61,920 nucleotides of DNA from an uncultured Pseudomonadota bacterium (GCA_903959175.1 CAJBVW010000147.1:1-61920), one strand, 5' to 3'; shown: positions 18,030-27,241, counted from the first letter of the stretch. Numbers and translations are program-made. Notes: generated by a model from the letters alone, not told the origin.

Positions 18030-19817
18030 ATGCGAACGTTGCCCCTGCTCATCCTGGCCGCCTGCGCCGGTGGAAAGGAAACCGACACGTCGGACACGAC
18101 CGCGGCCGCGCCGTTCGGCATGCCCCTCGTGGAGGACGGGCAGCTCTACGCGGGGATCGCGCGCGTCGACATCACGCCGGCAGACTTCGAGACCTTCACC
18201 GATCTCGACGGCAACTACAGCTTCGACGGGTGCATCACCGATCCGCTCGCGACGCGCACGGGCTGCGAGGAGCCCTTCGACGACCTCAACGGGAACGGCC
18301 GCTTCGATGGCCTCTGGATCGCGGGCTTCGGCAGCGCGCGCGCGGCGTCCGGCGTACACGATCCCATCACCGTCACCGCCGTCGTGCTCTCGCTGAACGG
18401 CGAGTACGTCTCCCTGGTCGGCATCGACGCGCTCGGCGTGCTCGAGAACCGCATCCGCGACACGCGGGATCTCCTCGAGGCCGAGGGCTACGACCGCGAC
18501 CGCATCATCGTGAGCTCGTCCCACACTCATCAGGGCCCCGACACCGCCGGCATCTACGGCATCGACGAGGACCTCGTCACCGGCATCTACCCCGCCTTCG
18601 TGGAGAGCATCCCCGGCGCCATCGTGGACGCCGTCGGCACCGCGGCCGGGGAGATGGTCCCCGTCACCCCAACGCAGGGCGCGCTCTTCATGTCGGACCT
18701 CGACAGCGCCTACAACGGCGCGCCGTTCGGGGGGATCAACCCCGATCCGAGCGTAGAGGGCGGAATCAACGACATCCGCGACCCGGTGATCGTCGCCGAT
18801 CAGGTGCTCGCCATCGCGCTCGACGGGCCCGGCGGCCGCGTCGCCACCATCGTCAACGCGTCCGGGCACCCGGAGGTCGTAGGCGACCAGAACGGCGAGC
18901 TCTCCGCCGACTACGTCGGCTACACCCGCGACTACCTCGAGCGGCGCAACGGCGGCCTCGCGGTGTTCCTCTCCGGCGCGCTCGGCGGCATGCAGTCGGC
19001 GCTCGGCGCGACGCTCCCCGCGATCGACGAGGACGGCGCCCGGATCCTCGACGCGGACGGGGCCCCCACCTGGCTGACCGCGGCGCCGTCGGGTCCGGAC
19101 TGGGAGTTCGCCCGGACCTGGGGCACCCTGGTCGGCCAGGCGGCCGAAGCCGCGCTCACGGACACCACGCCGTGGACGAGCATCCGGATCCGCCACTCCG
19201 ACTTCCTCATCCCCGTCGACAACGCCTCGTTCAAGCTCGCGTTCCAGGTCGGCCTGCTCGACACGCCCGACGACTACGTCATCCAGGACTCGAGCTGCCC
19301 CGGCTTCGGCGTCGATCGCGACCTCTTCGGGTGCATCCCCTCGGCGTCCTGGATCGCGGAGCTCGGTCCCGTCACCTTCGGCACCGCCCCCGGCGAGCTG
19401 ACGCCCGAGCTGTTCTGGGGAGTCCCCGAGGAGGACGCGATGGTGGACGCGAGCCTGCGTGCCGACGATCGCCGGTGGGTCCAGTTCGACGTCGACTGCG
19501 TGGACGTGCCCTTCGAGGACTGCAAGGACACCGACAACGAGATCGACGGCTGCGACTGCCTGCACCACCACGCCGTGCCCTACCGCATCACGGACGACGC
19601 CTCGCTCGACACCATAGCGTCCATGCTGCCCGGCACGTTCAAGGCGCCGATCGGCATCGCAAACGCCTACTGTGGCTACATCGTGCCTGAGCCGGACTAC
19701 AACACCTACGTGTCCGTCCTCACGGACGACGGCGACCACTACGAGGAGACGAACTCCTGCAGCGGGTCGTTCGCGCCCCTGGTGCTCGGGGCCTTCGCGG
19801 CGATGCGGGAGGAGTGA
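18030..19817 (+). CDS. Lipoprotein resembling neutral/alkaline ceramidase N-terminal-domain proteins
   Basis: Lipobox LLILAACAGG. AGIARVDITP, GVHDPITVTAVVL and SSSHTHQGPD follow the recalled ceramidase N-domain pattern. SD ggag lies 6 nt before ATG 18030; a GTG at 18027 is also possible. Confidence 0.55.
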   Translation: MRTLPLLILAACAGGKETDTSDTTAAAPFGMPLVEDGQLYAGIARVDITPADFETFTDLDGNYSFDGCITDPLATRTGCEEPFDDLNGNGRFDGLWIAGFGSARAASGVHDPITVTAVVLSLNGEYVSLVGIDALGVLENRIRDTRDLLEAEGYDRDRIIVSSSHTHQGPDTAGIYGIDEDLVTGIYPAFVESIPGAIVDAVGTAAGEMVPVTPTQGALFMSDLDSAYNGAPFGGINPDPSVEGGINDIRDPVIVADQVLAIALDGPGGRVATIVNASGHPEVVGDQNGELSADYVGYTRDYLERRNGGLAVFLSGALGGMQSALGATLPAIDEDGARILDADGAPTWLTAAPSGPDWEFARTWGTLVGQAAEAALTDTTPWTSIRIRHSDFLIPVDNASFKLAFQVGLLDTPDDYVIQDSSCPGFGVDRDLFGCIPSASWIAELGPVTFGTAPGELTPELFWGVPEEDAMVDASLRADDRRWVQFDVDCVDVPFEDCKDTDNEIDGCDCLHHHAVPYRITDDASLDTIASMLPGTFKAPIGIANAYCGYIVPEPDYNTYVSVLTDDGDHYEETNSCSGSFAPLVLGAFAAMREE

Positions 19818-19839
19818 CGCGGGGGCGGCCCGTGCGCTC

Positions 19840-21618
19840 TTAGGACCCCGGCTGCCGCGGGAGGATGCGGAACGCGCTCTCCGGCAGCGACGCGGGGCCC
19901 GCCGACGCGATCTGGAGGCGCAAGGCGACGCACGCGCCCTCCATCATCGCGTCCGCCATGCCGACGACCGAGCGGGCGGCGAGCGGCTCGAGCCAGGTGC
20001 CGCGCACCCAGTCGTTGAAGAGCCCCATCGCCGGGCCGCACCAGATCTGGTAGTCGCGCTTGCGGGCCGGGTCTCCGACGCGCGCCCACCGGCTCGCGAG
20101 GCCCAGGTACCAGCGGAAGCAGAGCGCCATCTGGTGACGACGATCGGCGCGGGCGCGCTCCAGCTCGCGGGGGTCGCGCGCGGCCCAGAAGGCCTCGGTC
20201 TCCGCCCACACGTCCGCGAGGGGGCGCTGGAAGATCTGCTTCTCGATGCGCTCCCGATCGGGCACGGGGATCTCGTCGATGCTCCCGTAGGCCCGGTACA
20301 ACTCGTAGAGGCGCGCCGCGCGCTGCGCGTACATGGTGCCGCGGGCGAGCACCTGGACCTGCACGCCCATCTCGAACATGTCGGGCGCGGGGCCCATCGT
20401 CACGTCGGCGTAGCCGGCCTGGGCGAGCATCTCGCGCACGGTGTCGGAGGTGCCGGCCTCGAGCGCGGCCTGGTTGATCGAGCCCGTCATCACGTAGTCG
20501 GCGCCCAGGGTGAGCGCGGCGGCGACGGACGAGGGATCCCCGATGCCCCCGGCGGCGCCGATGCGCGGGCGGACGGCGTAGCCCTCCTCCGCGGCGACCC
20601 GCGCGGCGAGGCGGCGGAAGAGCGGGATGAGCACGGGGAGCGGCCGCCGGTCGGTGTGACCGCCGCTGTCGGCCTCGGCGGTGATGTCCTCGGCGACGGG
20701 GACGCGGCGCGCGAGCTCGGCCTGGCGCGCGGTGAGCTTGCCGGCGGCGACGAGCTCTTGGAGCATCTTGACGGGCGCGGGGCGGAGGAAGGGCTCGGCG
20801 ACCTCGGGCCGGGAGACCTTGGCGCTGACGCGATTGGGGGTGACGATCCGGCCGTCGACCTCGTGGATCCCGTGGAGTCGGTAGCGGACGACGGCGGAGG
20901 TGAGGCCCATGTAGGCGCTCGCGTCCACCTCGGTGCAGCCATGCTCGAGGAAGAGGTCGACGGTGGCCTCCTCCACGGCGGGCTCGGCCGGGTTGTGGAG
21001 GAGGTTGAAGCCGGCGGGACGGTCCCCCACGGCGGCCTTGATGGCGCGCACGCCCTCGCGGACGGCCTCGATGGGCAGCCCGCCTGCGCCGTAGTACCCG
21101 AGGTAGCCGGCGTTGCTCATGGCGATGACGAGCGCGGGCGAGGCGATGCCGCCGGCCATGGCGCCGGCGACGTAGTTCACGCGCACCCCGTGGGCGTCGC
21201 GGAACGAGGGGGCGCCGAGGGACTCCGGGCGGATTGCCGGGACCACGAGCTCGGCGGGGCCCTCCCCTTCCCACCACTTGCCGTCGTGGAAGCGGAGCGT
21301 GCGCGTGGGGTCGTGCAACGCGGCCACGAGGTCGGCGACCGGGTGCGCGCCGCGTGCCAGCGGGATGTGCTGCTCGAGGGCCTCGCCGGAGGCCCACCGC
21401 GTCGACACCCGCGCGGCGCCGTTGCTGCGATCGACGCGCACGGTCACGTCCCCGTCTTCAAGCTCGACGCCGTCCGCGCCGTCGTCCAGGAGCGCCGCGA
21501 GCGCGGCCGCGCCGCCCTGATCGAGGGCCCGCGCGAGGCCGCTGCCGCCGGGGGTGCGCTCCTCGGAGGTCGTGCCCCGGTAGATCCGAACGCTTCGCGC
21601 CGACATCATCAAGTTCAT
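19840..21618 (-). CDS. pfaD: PfaD-family trans-acting enoyl reductase (FMN, nitronate-monooxygenase-like fold)
   Basis: FRDAHGVRVNYVAGAMAGGIASPALVIAMSNAGYLGYYGAGGL, FNLLHNP and GGHTD are characteristic of PfaD/PUFA-synthase ER subunits. Confidence 0.8.
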   Translation of the reverse strand: MNLMMSARSVRIYRGTTSEERTPGGSGLARALDQGGAAALAALLDDGADGVELEDGDVTVRVDRSNGAARVSTRWASGEALEQHIPLARGAHPVADLVAALHDPTRTLRFHDGKWWEGEGPAELVVPAIRPESLGAPSFRDAHGVRVNYVAGAMAGGIASPALVIAMSNAGYLGYYGAGGLPIEAVREGVRAIKAAVGDRPAGFNLLHNPAEPAVEEATVDLFLEHGCTEVDASAYMGLTSAVVRYRLHGIHEVDGRIVTPNRVSAKVSRPEVAEPFLRPAPVKMLQELVAAGKLTARQAELARRVPVAEDITAEADSGGHTDRRPLPVLIPLFRRLAARVAAEEGYAVRPRIGAAGGIGDPSSVAAALTLGADYVMTGSINQAALEAGTSDTVREMLAQAGYADVTMGPAPDMFEMGVQVQVLARGTMYAQRAARLYELYRAYGSIDEIPVPDRERIEKQIFQRPLADVWAETEAFWAARDPRELERARADRRHQMALCFRWYLGLASRWARVGDPARKRDYQIWCGPAMGLFNDWVRGTWLEPLAARSVVGMADAMMEGACVALRLQIASAGPASLPESAFRILPRQPGS

Positions 21619-21645
21619 GCCGCGCGACTATCCGGTCGGGCGGGG

Positions 21646-22143
21646 TCAGTCCCGCGGCGCGTCGGGGGCCGCGCGTGGGGCGGTGGCGGGCGCGGCCGGA
21701 GTGGGAGCCTCCGGTAGCGGGAGCCCGCCGAGCGCGGAGAACCAGCCGCCGATCGCAACGATCGCCAGGAGGGCAGCGACGAGGGCGTACGCGTTCGCGG
21801 AGCGCAGGGCGAGGCTGCGCTCCGCGACGGCGGTGTCGAGAGCGCGCGCAAGCGTCGCCTCGCGGGTTTGCACGGTATGCACGAACGCGTCGACGTCGTC
21901 GATGCCGTGGCGCACGAGCGCAGCGACCGGCCCCTCGGATTCGGGGAGATCGACCCCGCGCTCCCCGAGCCACGTCACGATCGCGGCATGGAGGGGGTGG
22001 CGGGGCCACGCCACGAGCGTGACGCGGACCCGCTCGGGGTCCTCAGCGGCGAGGGCGTCGAAGAGCGGCACCGACCCGCGCACCTCGCGCACCCGATCGA
22101 GCGCGTCGAGCAGCGCAGGCGTGGACCCCCCCGGCGCGATCAC
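21646..22143 (-). CDS. Hypothetical protein with a C-terminal TM anchor
   Basis: The GTG start overlaps the upstream stop (GTGA at 22140-22143). C-terminal helix AYALVAALLAIVAIGGWF followed by a Pro/Ala tail. Confidence 0.5.
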   Translation of the reverse strand: MIAPGGSTPALLDALDRVREVRGSVPLFDALAAEDPERVRVTLVAWPRHPLHAAIVTWLGERGVDLPESEGPVAALVRHGIDDVDAFVHTVQTREATLARALDTAVAERSLALRSANAYALVAALLAIVAIGGWFSALGGLPLPEAPTPAAPATAPRAAPDAPRD

Positions 22144-22961
22144 GCGGCCGGGACGAAGAGCAGCCAGGTCCAGACGGTGGGCTGGATCCCGGCGGCGGTG
22201 GCGGTGCCGCCGGTCACGGTGGCGGTGCCGAGGGGGCCCTCGAGCTGGCCGTACTCCTGGAGGGCGTACACGTCGTACGTGCCGTCCGGAGAGGTGAGTC
22301 CGGTGACCTCGACGTCCATCAGGGCGCTGGGCGCGGTGATCCACGGCAGGAAGTTCACCAGGAAGGCCGGCGTGACCTCCCAGTGAGAGAGGATCGCGTC
22401 GCCTTCGAGCACGCCCGCAGAGAGGTTGAACGTGCCGGTATCGTTGTCGACGGCGCCGAAGACGAAGTCCAGCGTGTTCGCGGCGAAGGTGAGGGAGACC
22501 TGCCCGAGGTCGTAGGTGTCGGACCCGGCGGTCTCGGGAACGGCGATCGGGCCCTCGATCGGAGGGAGGACCATCGCGGGGGTCATCGCGAACACCTCAC
22601 CCGGCGCGAGTTCGACGCCGACGAGGGAGTTGCCGAAGCCGGGCACCGAGTAGGTGGCGCCGATGGCGTCGATCTTGAAACGATGCGCCTCGAGCCCGCT
22701 CTGCTCGAAGTTGCCGTTCGCGTCCGTACGGGCGTAGCGACACACGATCGAGCAGATCTCGACCGAAACGTCGACCGCGGGCGCGCCGTCCCACTGGACG
22801 ACCGTGCCGCTGATCACGCCGGAGCGCGGATCGGTGTCGGTGTCGGTGTCCGAATCGGCGTCCGCGTCCGTGTCGGAGTCCGTGTCGGTGTCCGCGGGCT
22901 CCGCGGTGTCATCCTTGGACGTGCCTGTGCAGGCGAGAAGGGCGAGAAGGAGCAAGCGCAT
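22140..22961 (-). CDS. Lipoprotein with an Asp/Thr linker and a carboxypeptidase-regulatory-like beta-sandwich
   Basis: Lipobox MRLLLLALLACTG, linker DTDTDSDTDADADSDTDTDTD, then GVISGTVVQWDGAPAVDVSVEI...TDANGNF. Confidence 0.65.
   Translation of the reverse strand: MRLLLLALLACTGTSKDDTAEPADTDTDSDTDADADSDTDTDTDPRSGVISGTVVQWDGAPAVDVSVEICSIVCRYARTDANGNFEQSGLEAHRFKIDAIGATYSVPGFGNSLVGVELAPGEVFAMTPAMVLPPIEGPIAVPETAGSDTYDLGQVSLTFAANTLDFVFGAVDNDTGTFNLSAGVLEGDAILSHWEVTPAFLVNFLPWITAPSALMDVEVTGLTSPDGTYDVYALQEYGQLEGPLGTATVTGGTATAAGIQPTVWTWLLFVPAA
22831..22894 (-). repeat. Imperfect hexanucleotide (GTCGGT/GTCCGT) tandem repeat encoding the (D-T/S/A)n linker
   Basis: Read directly on the plus strand: tcggtgtcggtgtcggtgtccgaatcggcgtccgcgtccgtgtcggagtccgtgtcggtgtccgc. 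Confidence 0.85.
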
Positions 22962-22981
22962 GAGGCCTCCGCGCGCGCAGT

Positions 22982-23470
22982 CTATCCGCGTCGGACGACG
23001 ATCCGCACGCCGGGCAGGTGGGTCGTGAGCGCGGCGTGCGCTTCGGGGGTGAGATCGAGCCCGCCGACGTCTACCAGGACGATCCACCCGCACGCAAAGC
23101 CGGCCGCGGGGAGGTAGCGGAGATCGGCCAGATCGTGCTCTCGCCCGCACGCGCAGGCGAGTCCCCGGGGGCCGCCCGTGCGCCACGCGGGGAGCGCGCG
23201 GTTGAACGCGGCCACGACGTTCTCCCCGTCCACGGGGCAGCGCACGGCGAAGCCGCCCTGCCCGCTCGACGCGAAGCGCACCCCGTCGAAAACCTCGACG
23301 CGGGCGGAGGCGAAGCCGCCGTCTACCAGGGGACGCGCGCCGGGGACGCCATCCGGGCCAACGAAACCGTCCTCGCGGAGCGCGGCGAGCGCGGCGACGA
23401 CGACGGAGCCGGGCGCGTCGAGGTCGGCCGGGAGGAGGAGGAGCGAGACGCGGTGGGCGGCGGGGGGCAC
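22982..23470 (-). CDS. Hypothetical protein (possible Cys-containing metal site)
   Basis: The ORF has good GC3 and sits between two same-strand genes with 20-30 nt gaps. It contains RCPVDG...CACGREHD. No family recognised. Confidence 0.45.
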   Translation of the reverse strand: MPPAAHRVSLLLLPADLDAPGSVVVAALAALREDGFVGPDGVPGARPLVDGGFASARVEVFDGVRFASSGQGGFAVRCPVDGENVVAAFNRALPAWRTGGPRGLACACGREHDLADLRYLPAAGFACGWIVLVDVGGLDLTPEAHAALTTHLPGVRIVVRRG

Positions 23471-23502
23471 GGATCCTCCCTATACGGGCGGCGGCGCGCC
23501 CG

Positions 23503-23952
23503 TCAGAACCACTCGGGGATCTCGATCGCGACCTCGCCGAGGACCTGCGCCTGGCACGCGAGGCGGTCGCCGCGGGCGACGTGGTCCGCCCCGAGCGCCA
23601 TCGCCTCCATCCCCTCCTGCTTGGAGAGGTTGCGGTGCCCGGAGACGACGACGATGCGGCAGGTGCCGCACGAGGAGTTTCCGCCGCAGTAATGCCGGAG
23701 ATCGAGGCGAGCGGCCTCGGCGGCCTCGAGGAGGGTGGAGCCCCGCGCCACGCGGACGGAGGTGGCGCCGAAGCGCACCTCGACTGGGCCGGTGGACGTG
23801 CGCGCAGGGGCCGCGCCGCCCGCCCGGGCCTCGAAGGGGCCGACGTGCGACTCGTTCCGCAACACGCGCTCGACGACGGTCGCGCCCGCGCGGCTCGCGG
23901 CACGGAGGCCGCGCCTCAGCATGCGGAACGGGAGGACCGGCTCGTCCGACAT
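23503..23952 (-). CDS. 2Fe-2S ferredoxin (plant-type) with an N-terminal extension
   Basis: YCGGNSSCGTCR (C-x5-C-x2-C) plus a distal RLACQA. Start at MSDEPVLPF (ATG 23952). Confidence 0.7.
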   Translation of the reverse strand: MSDEPVLPFRMLRRGLRAASRAGATVVERVLRNESHVGPFEARAGGAAPARTSTGPVEVRFGATSVRVARGSTLLEAAEAARLDLRHYCGGNSSCGTCRIVVVSGHRNLSKQEGMEAMALGADHVARGDRLACQAQVLGEVAIEIPEWF

Positions 23953-24074
23953 CGGATTCACTCGTGGAGGGCCACTTTGAACCGCGGGGACGCCCGGCGC
24001 AAGGTGCAACTCCGTGGGCGCGTAGCGTGCGGCACAACGGTAGGCCGGTGGCTATATTCGGGCTACGGAGCCGT

Positions 24075-26090
24075 GTGGACGCCGCCCGCCCCTCGAGCCG
24101 CGCGAATCGACGGGGTCCCGCCCTCGCCCGGCTCCTGATCTACCTCGCCTGCTCGGGGACGCTGCACGCCGCCCCCCTGCTGCTCTGGCCGGAGGGCGCC
24201 CCGGGCGAGGGAGCGGAACCCCTGCCGACGCGGGTTCAGCTGCTCGATCTTGCCGAGGAGGAGGCGCTCGAGAGCCGCCCGTCCCCCGTCCGTCGCCCCG
24301 AGGGAGCGGCGCGCGAGGAGCCCGCGACGGCGGCCACACCGGCGGGATCGCCCCGGTCCGCGCCGCCTGCCGCGCCCGCCACGCCCTCGGCCGCAAAGCC
24401 GTCGGGGGCCCGCCGCGCGCCGAACCCCCCGTCCGCGATGCCTCGCCCCGCGGAGAAGCCGGAGGGCGCCGAGAAGCGAGTGACGACGGAGAGCGCGGCG
24501 ATCGCCGAGAGGGCGGAGAAAGCAGACACGACCAAGGAGAAGCCGTCCCCGAAGCGCGCGGAGCCCGTCGTCGCGATCGACCGAACCGACGTCCGGCAGG
24601 TGAAGGCCTCGACGGCCACGCCGGCGGAGCGCACGGCGAAGGCGCTCACGGACAAGGCGCGCGCCGACGCCTCGGCGCCTACCACGCGCCCGCCCGACGC
24701 CGAGACGCCGCGGAGCCGGGTCGAGCCGCCCGAGACGACGGAGGCGAAGCCGGCGGTGAAGGCGACCGCCCCCGCGCGCTCCGCTCCGGTACCCGCGGCG
24801 CCCGCCCCGAAGCTCGTCGCCCCCACGCTCCCCGTCCCGCCGGGGGAAGCGGCGGCCCCGGTCCCGGCCGCCCCGCGCCCCCCGGCGCCCGCGGCGCCAC
24901 CCCCATCCGAAGCCGCGCCCAAACCGCCCCCCGCGCCCCCCGACGCGCGTGCGTCCGAGACGACCGAGCTCCGCGAGCGCGCCCAGGACGTACGACGCGA
25001 GGCGGCGGCGGCCCCCCCGCAGCAGGCGAACGCCGGGCGCGGCAGCGGCGGCGGCGCGGCCCAGGAGTGGCTCCCGTTCGTGCGGAGCGAGGGCGCGGCC
25101 AGCGGTAAGGCCAACGGCGACGCCCGGTACATCAGCGACCGCGACAAGAGCGCACCCGAGGACACCCGCGCCAAGGCCAGCGTGACCCGCTCCAACGGCG
25201 ACGGCACCGGGGACGCCGAGATCGCCGAGCGCACCGCGCCGAGCACGCGGCCCGTCGTCGCGGTCGACCGCCCCGAGGCGGCCCCGGCCACGCCGCCGCC
25301 GAGCACGCGCGCCCGCTCGGTCGCGACGACCACTTTGTCGCCGGAGCCCACCTCGAGCGTGGCCCTCCCCTACCTGGCGCCGTCGCCGGCCCCCGCGTCC
25401 AGCGCCTCTCCGGGCGGCATGCGCCTGTCCGCCGGGGAGATCCCCGAGATCGCCGAGCCCCTCGCGCGCGGAGACGAGGCCGCCGCCGCCCCCCCGCTCC
25501 GCGCCCGCGTCCCCAAGGCGAGCAGGCGCCCCATCCGAGCGCCGGTGGTCCCCGCGTCCGCCGAGCCTCCCTCCGCCGCGCCGCTCGTGGCCGCCCCGCC
25601 CGCCCCGATCCGCCCCGCGCTCGCGGACGACTTCTGGGCCTCGACCGCCCCGGACACCGCCCCCGTCGGGCCCGTTGCCGCGCCGTCCAGCGAGACCGCC
25701 ATCATGACGCAGAACGACATGTCGGCGCAGGGCTGGTCGGACCTCGCCATCCTCGACGAGCGCGCCGCCCTCGCCGACACCGCCGCCTACGGCGCGCGCG
25801 CGCACCCGCTGGGCGCCTGGCTCACCGTGGTCGACGACCAGATCCGCCAGCGCTGGATCTACCCGCCCGCGCTGCGCGCCCTCGGCCAGCAGGGCACCGT
25901 CGTGGTGCGCTTCTACGTCGCTCGCAGCGGGCTCGTGACCCAGGCCCAGGTCCGCGCCGGATCGGGCTGGCCCGACCTCGACCTCGCGGCGCTCTCCGCG
26001 GTGCCGGCGCACGTCTCCGCGATGCCGCCGGGGAACGGCAGCGGGGTCTGGTTGCAATGGACCTTCCGGTACCGGGCCGACCGACCGTGA
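24075..26090 (+). CDS. TonB-C-domain protein with a very long Pro/Ala/Glu-rich linker
   Basis: In-frame GTG 24075 with ggag upstream. N-terminal TM helix LARLLIYLACSGTLHAAPLLLW. About 500 aa of low-complexity P/A-rich sequence. C-terminal GTVVVRFYVARSGLVTQAQV...PDLDLAALSAV...WLQWTFRYR. The start is uncertain. Confidence 0.65.
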   Translation: MDAARPSSRANRRGPALARLLIYLACSGTLHAAPLLLWPEGAPGEGAEPLPTRVQLLDLAEEEALESRPSPVRRPEGAAREEPATAATPAGSPRSAPPAAPATPSAAKPSGARRAPNPPSAMPRPAEKPEGAEKRVTTESAAIAERAEKADTTKEKPSPKRAEPVVAIDRTDVRQVKASTATPAERTAKALTDKARADASAPTTRPPDAETPRSRVEPPETTEAKPAVKATAPARSAPVPAAPAPKLVAPTLPVPPGEAAAPVPAAPRPPAPAAPPPSEAAPKPPPAPPDARASETTELRERAQDVRREAAAAPPQQANAGRGSGGGAAQEWLPFVRSEGAASGKANGDARYISDRDKSAPEDTRAKASVTRSNGDGTGDAEIAERTAPSTRPVVAVDRPEAAPATPPPSTRARSVATTTLSPEPTSSVALPYLAPSPAPASSASPGGMRLSAGEIPEIAEPLARGDEAAAAPPLRARVPKASRRPIRAPVVPASAEPPSAAPLVAAPPAPIRPALADDFWASTAPDTAPVGPVAAPSSETAIMTQNDMSAQGWSDLAILDERAALADTAAYGARAHPLGAWLTVVDDQIRQRWIYPPALRALGQQGTVVVRFYVARSGLVTQAQVRAGSGWPDLDLAALSAVPAHVSAMPPGNGSGVWLQWTFRYRADRP

Positions 26091-26152
26091 CGAACCGTGC
26101 CGCACAAGCCGCTTGTCGGCGCGGTGACCCCGGCAATAAGCTCTAGGAGGAC

Positions 26153-27241
26153 ATGCCCCCTCGGTCGCCCGAATCCCTGCCGAGATGGCGCATCGCGCTC
26201 CTCGTGGCGCTCTCGCTGCTCGTGCACGCGGTGGCGGTGCCCGTCGTGCTGCCCTACCTGCAGCGCTTCGATCTGTCCGCCTACGAACAGCCGATCTCCG
26301 TGCGCGTCATCGACGGGGATCCGCTGGACGCCCTCACGCCCGACCAGCTCGAGCGGCTCGAGCGGCTCGAGGCCGCCATCGAGGAGAAGACGGCGGAGCC
26401 CGAGGAGAAGGAAGAGCCCGAGCCCGTGATGCCCGACGGTCAGGTCGTGGAGACCGTGGCGCCCGACGAGGAGAAGGTCCCGCTGGTCTCGGAGTACCTC
26501 GCCGAGCACGACAACGCGGTGCCGGAGGAGACCCGCACCGACGCCTACCGCGTCAACCCGGACGTGCTCTCGAACCAGTACAGCAAGGAAGCGAAGCTGG
26601 AATTCGAGGACGTGGTGGATGTCGGCGCGAAGGACGTGTCGAGCGGCGCCACCGTCGGCAGCCCCAACGACCCCGCCCCAGGCAAGGGCGCGCCCCGCTC
26701 CATCCTCCCCTCGCCCTGGGCGCTCACGAACAAGGAGGGCTTGGCGGCGCCCACGCGCGCCTCCTCCAGCACCCAGTCGCTCGCGGGCGCGCCGCAGAAC
26801 GACCTCCTCGACGAGAAGCGCGGCGCCAGCGTGGCGCTCAACACCCGCGAGTTCATCGGCGCCGCCTACCTCAACCGCATCAAGCGGCAGGTCAACTTCT
26901 ACTGGAAGCAGAACATCGACAACCTCTCGCCCTCGGTGAGGTTGTCGAAGCCGAACTACTCCACCGTCGTCGCCATCGTCCTCTCGGGAGAGGGCGCGCT
27001 GGAGACCCTCTCCGTGACCACCGAGAGCGGCTCGACACCGCTGGACGAGGCGGTCCTTGCGGCGTTCCGAGTGGCGGGTCCGTTTCCCAACCCGCCCGAA
27101 CAGCTGATCCATCGTGACGGACGTGTGTACCTCTCCGACCTCGATTTCACGGTGCAGCTCGGACAGGCGAAGATGCAGTACCAAGGCATCGATCCGCGCG
27201 GGAACGTGCAGTTCCCCGGCATCCTGAAGTCCCCGCGGTAG
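26153..27241 (+). CDS. TonB/TolA-like C-domain protein
   Basis: SD aggagg precedes ATG 26153. TM helix WRIALLVALSLLVHAVAV, acidic linker, and a C-terminal block YLNRIKRQVNFYW...VVAIVLSGEGALETLSVTTESGSTPLDEAVLAAFR. Confidence 0.65.
   Translation: MPPRSPESLPRWRIALLVALSLLVHAVAVPVVLPYLQRFDLSAYEQPISVRVIDGDPLDALTPDQLERLERLEAAIEEKTAEPEEKEEPEPVMPDGQVVETVAPDEEKVPLVSEYLAEHDNAVPEETRTDAYRVNPDVLSNQYSKEAKLEFEDVVDVGAKDVSSGATVGSPNDPAPGKGAPRSILPSPWALTNKEGLAAPTRASSSTQSLAGAPQNDLLDEKRGASVALNTREFIGAAYLNRIKRQVNFYWKQNIDNLSPSVRLSKPNYSTVVAIVLSGEGALETLSVTTESGSTPLDEAVLAAFRVAGPFPNPPEQLIHRDGRVYLSDLDFTVQLGQAKMQYQGIDPRGNVQFPGILKSPR

Noticed and set aside
22831-22894. Short tandem repeats considered as a possible CRISPR array or other non-coding repeat. 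Similar repeats occur at 2775-2880 and in the 24100-25400 Pro/Ala-rich region.
   Set aside because: The units are 6-9 bp, contiguous, in frame and inside ORFs, and they encode low-complexity linkers. There is no repeat-spacer architecture anywhere in the window.
24053-24058. TATATT hexamer 17 nt upstream of the proposed TonB-like GTG start, considered as a -10 box.
   Set aside because: No acceptable -35 element lies at 16-18 bp spacing, and the resulting leader would barely include the SD. It was left uncalled.
23178-24074. The N-terminal 300-aa extension of the TonB-like ORF in the track.
   Set aside because: It overlaps two minus-strand genes (the ferredoxin and a hypothetical protein) and is Arg/Pro-rich. 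An in-frame GTG at 24075, just before the TM helix and with ggag upstream, is a more sensible start.
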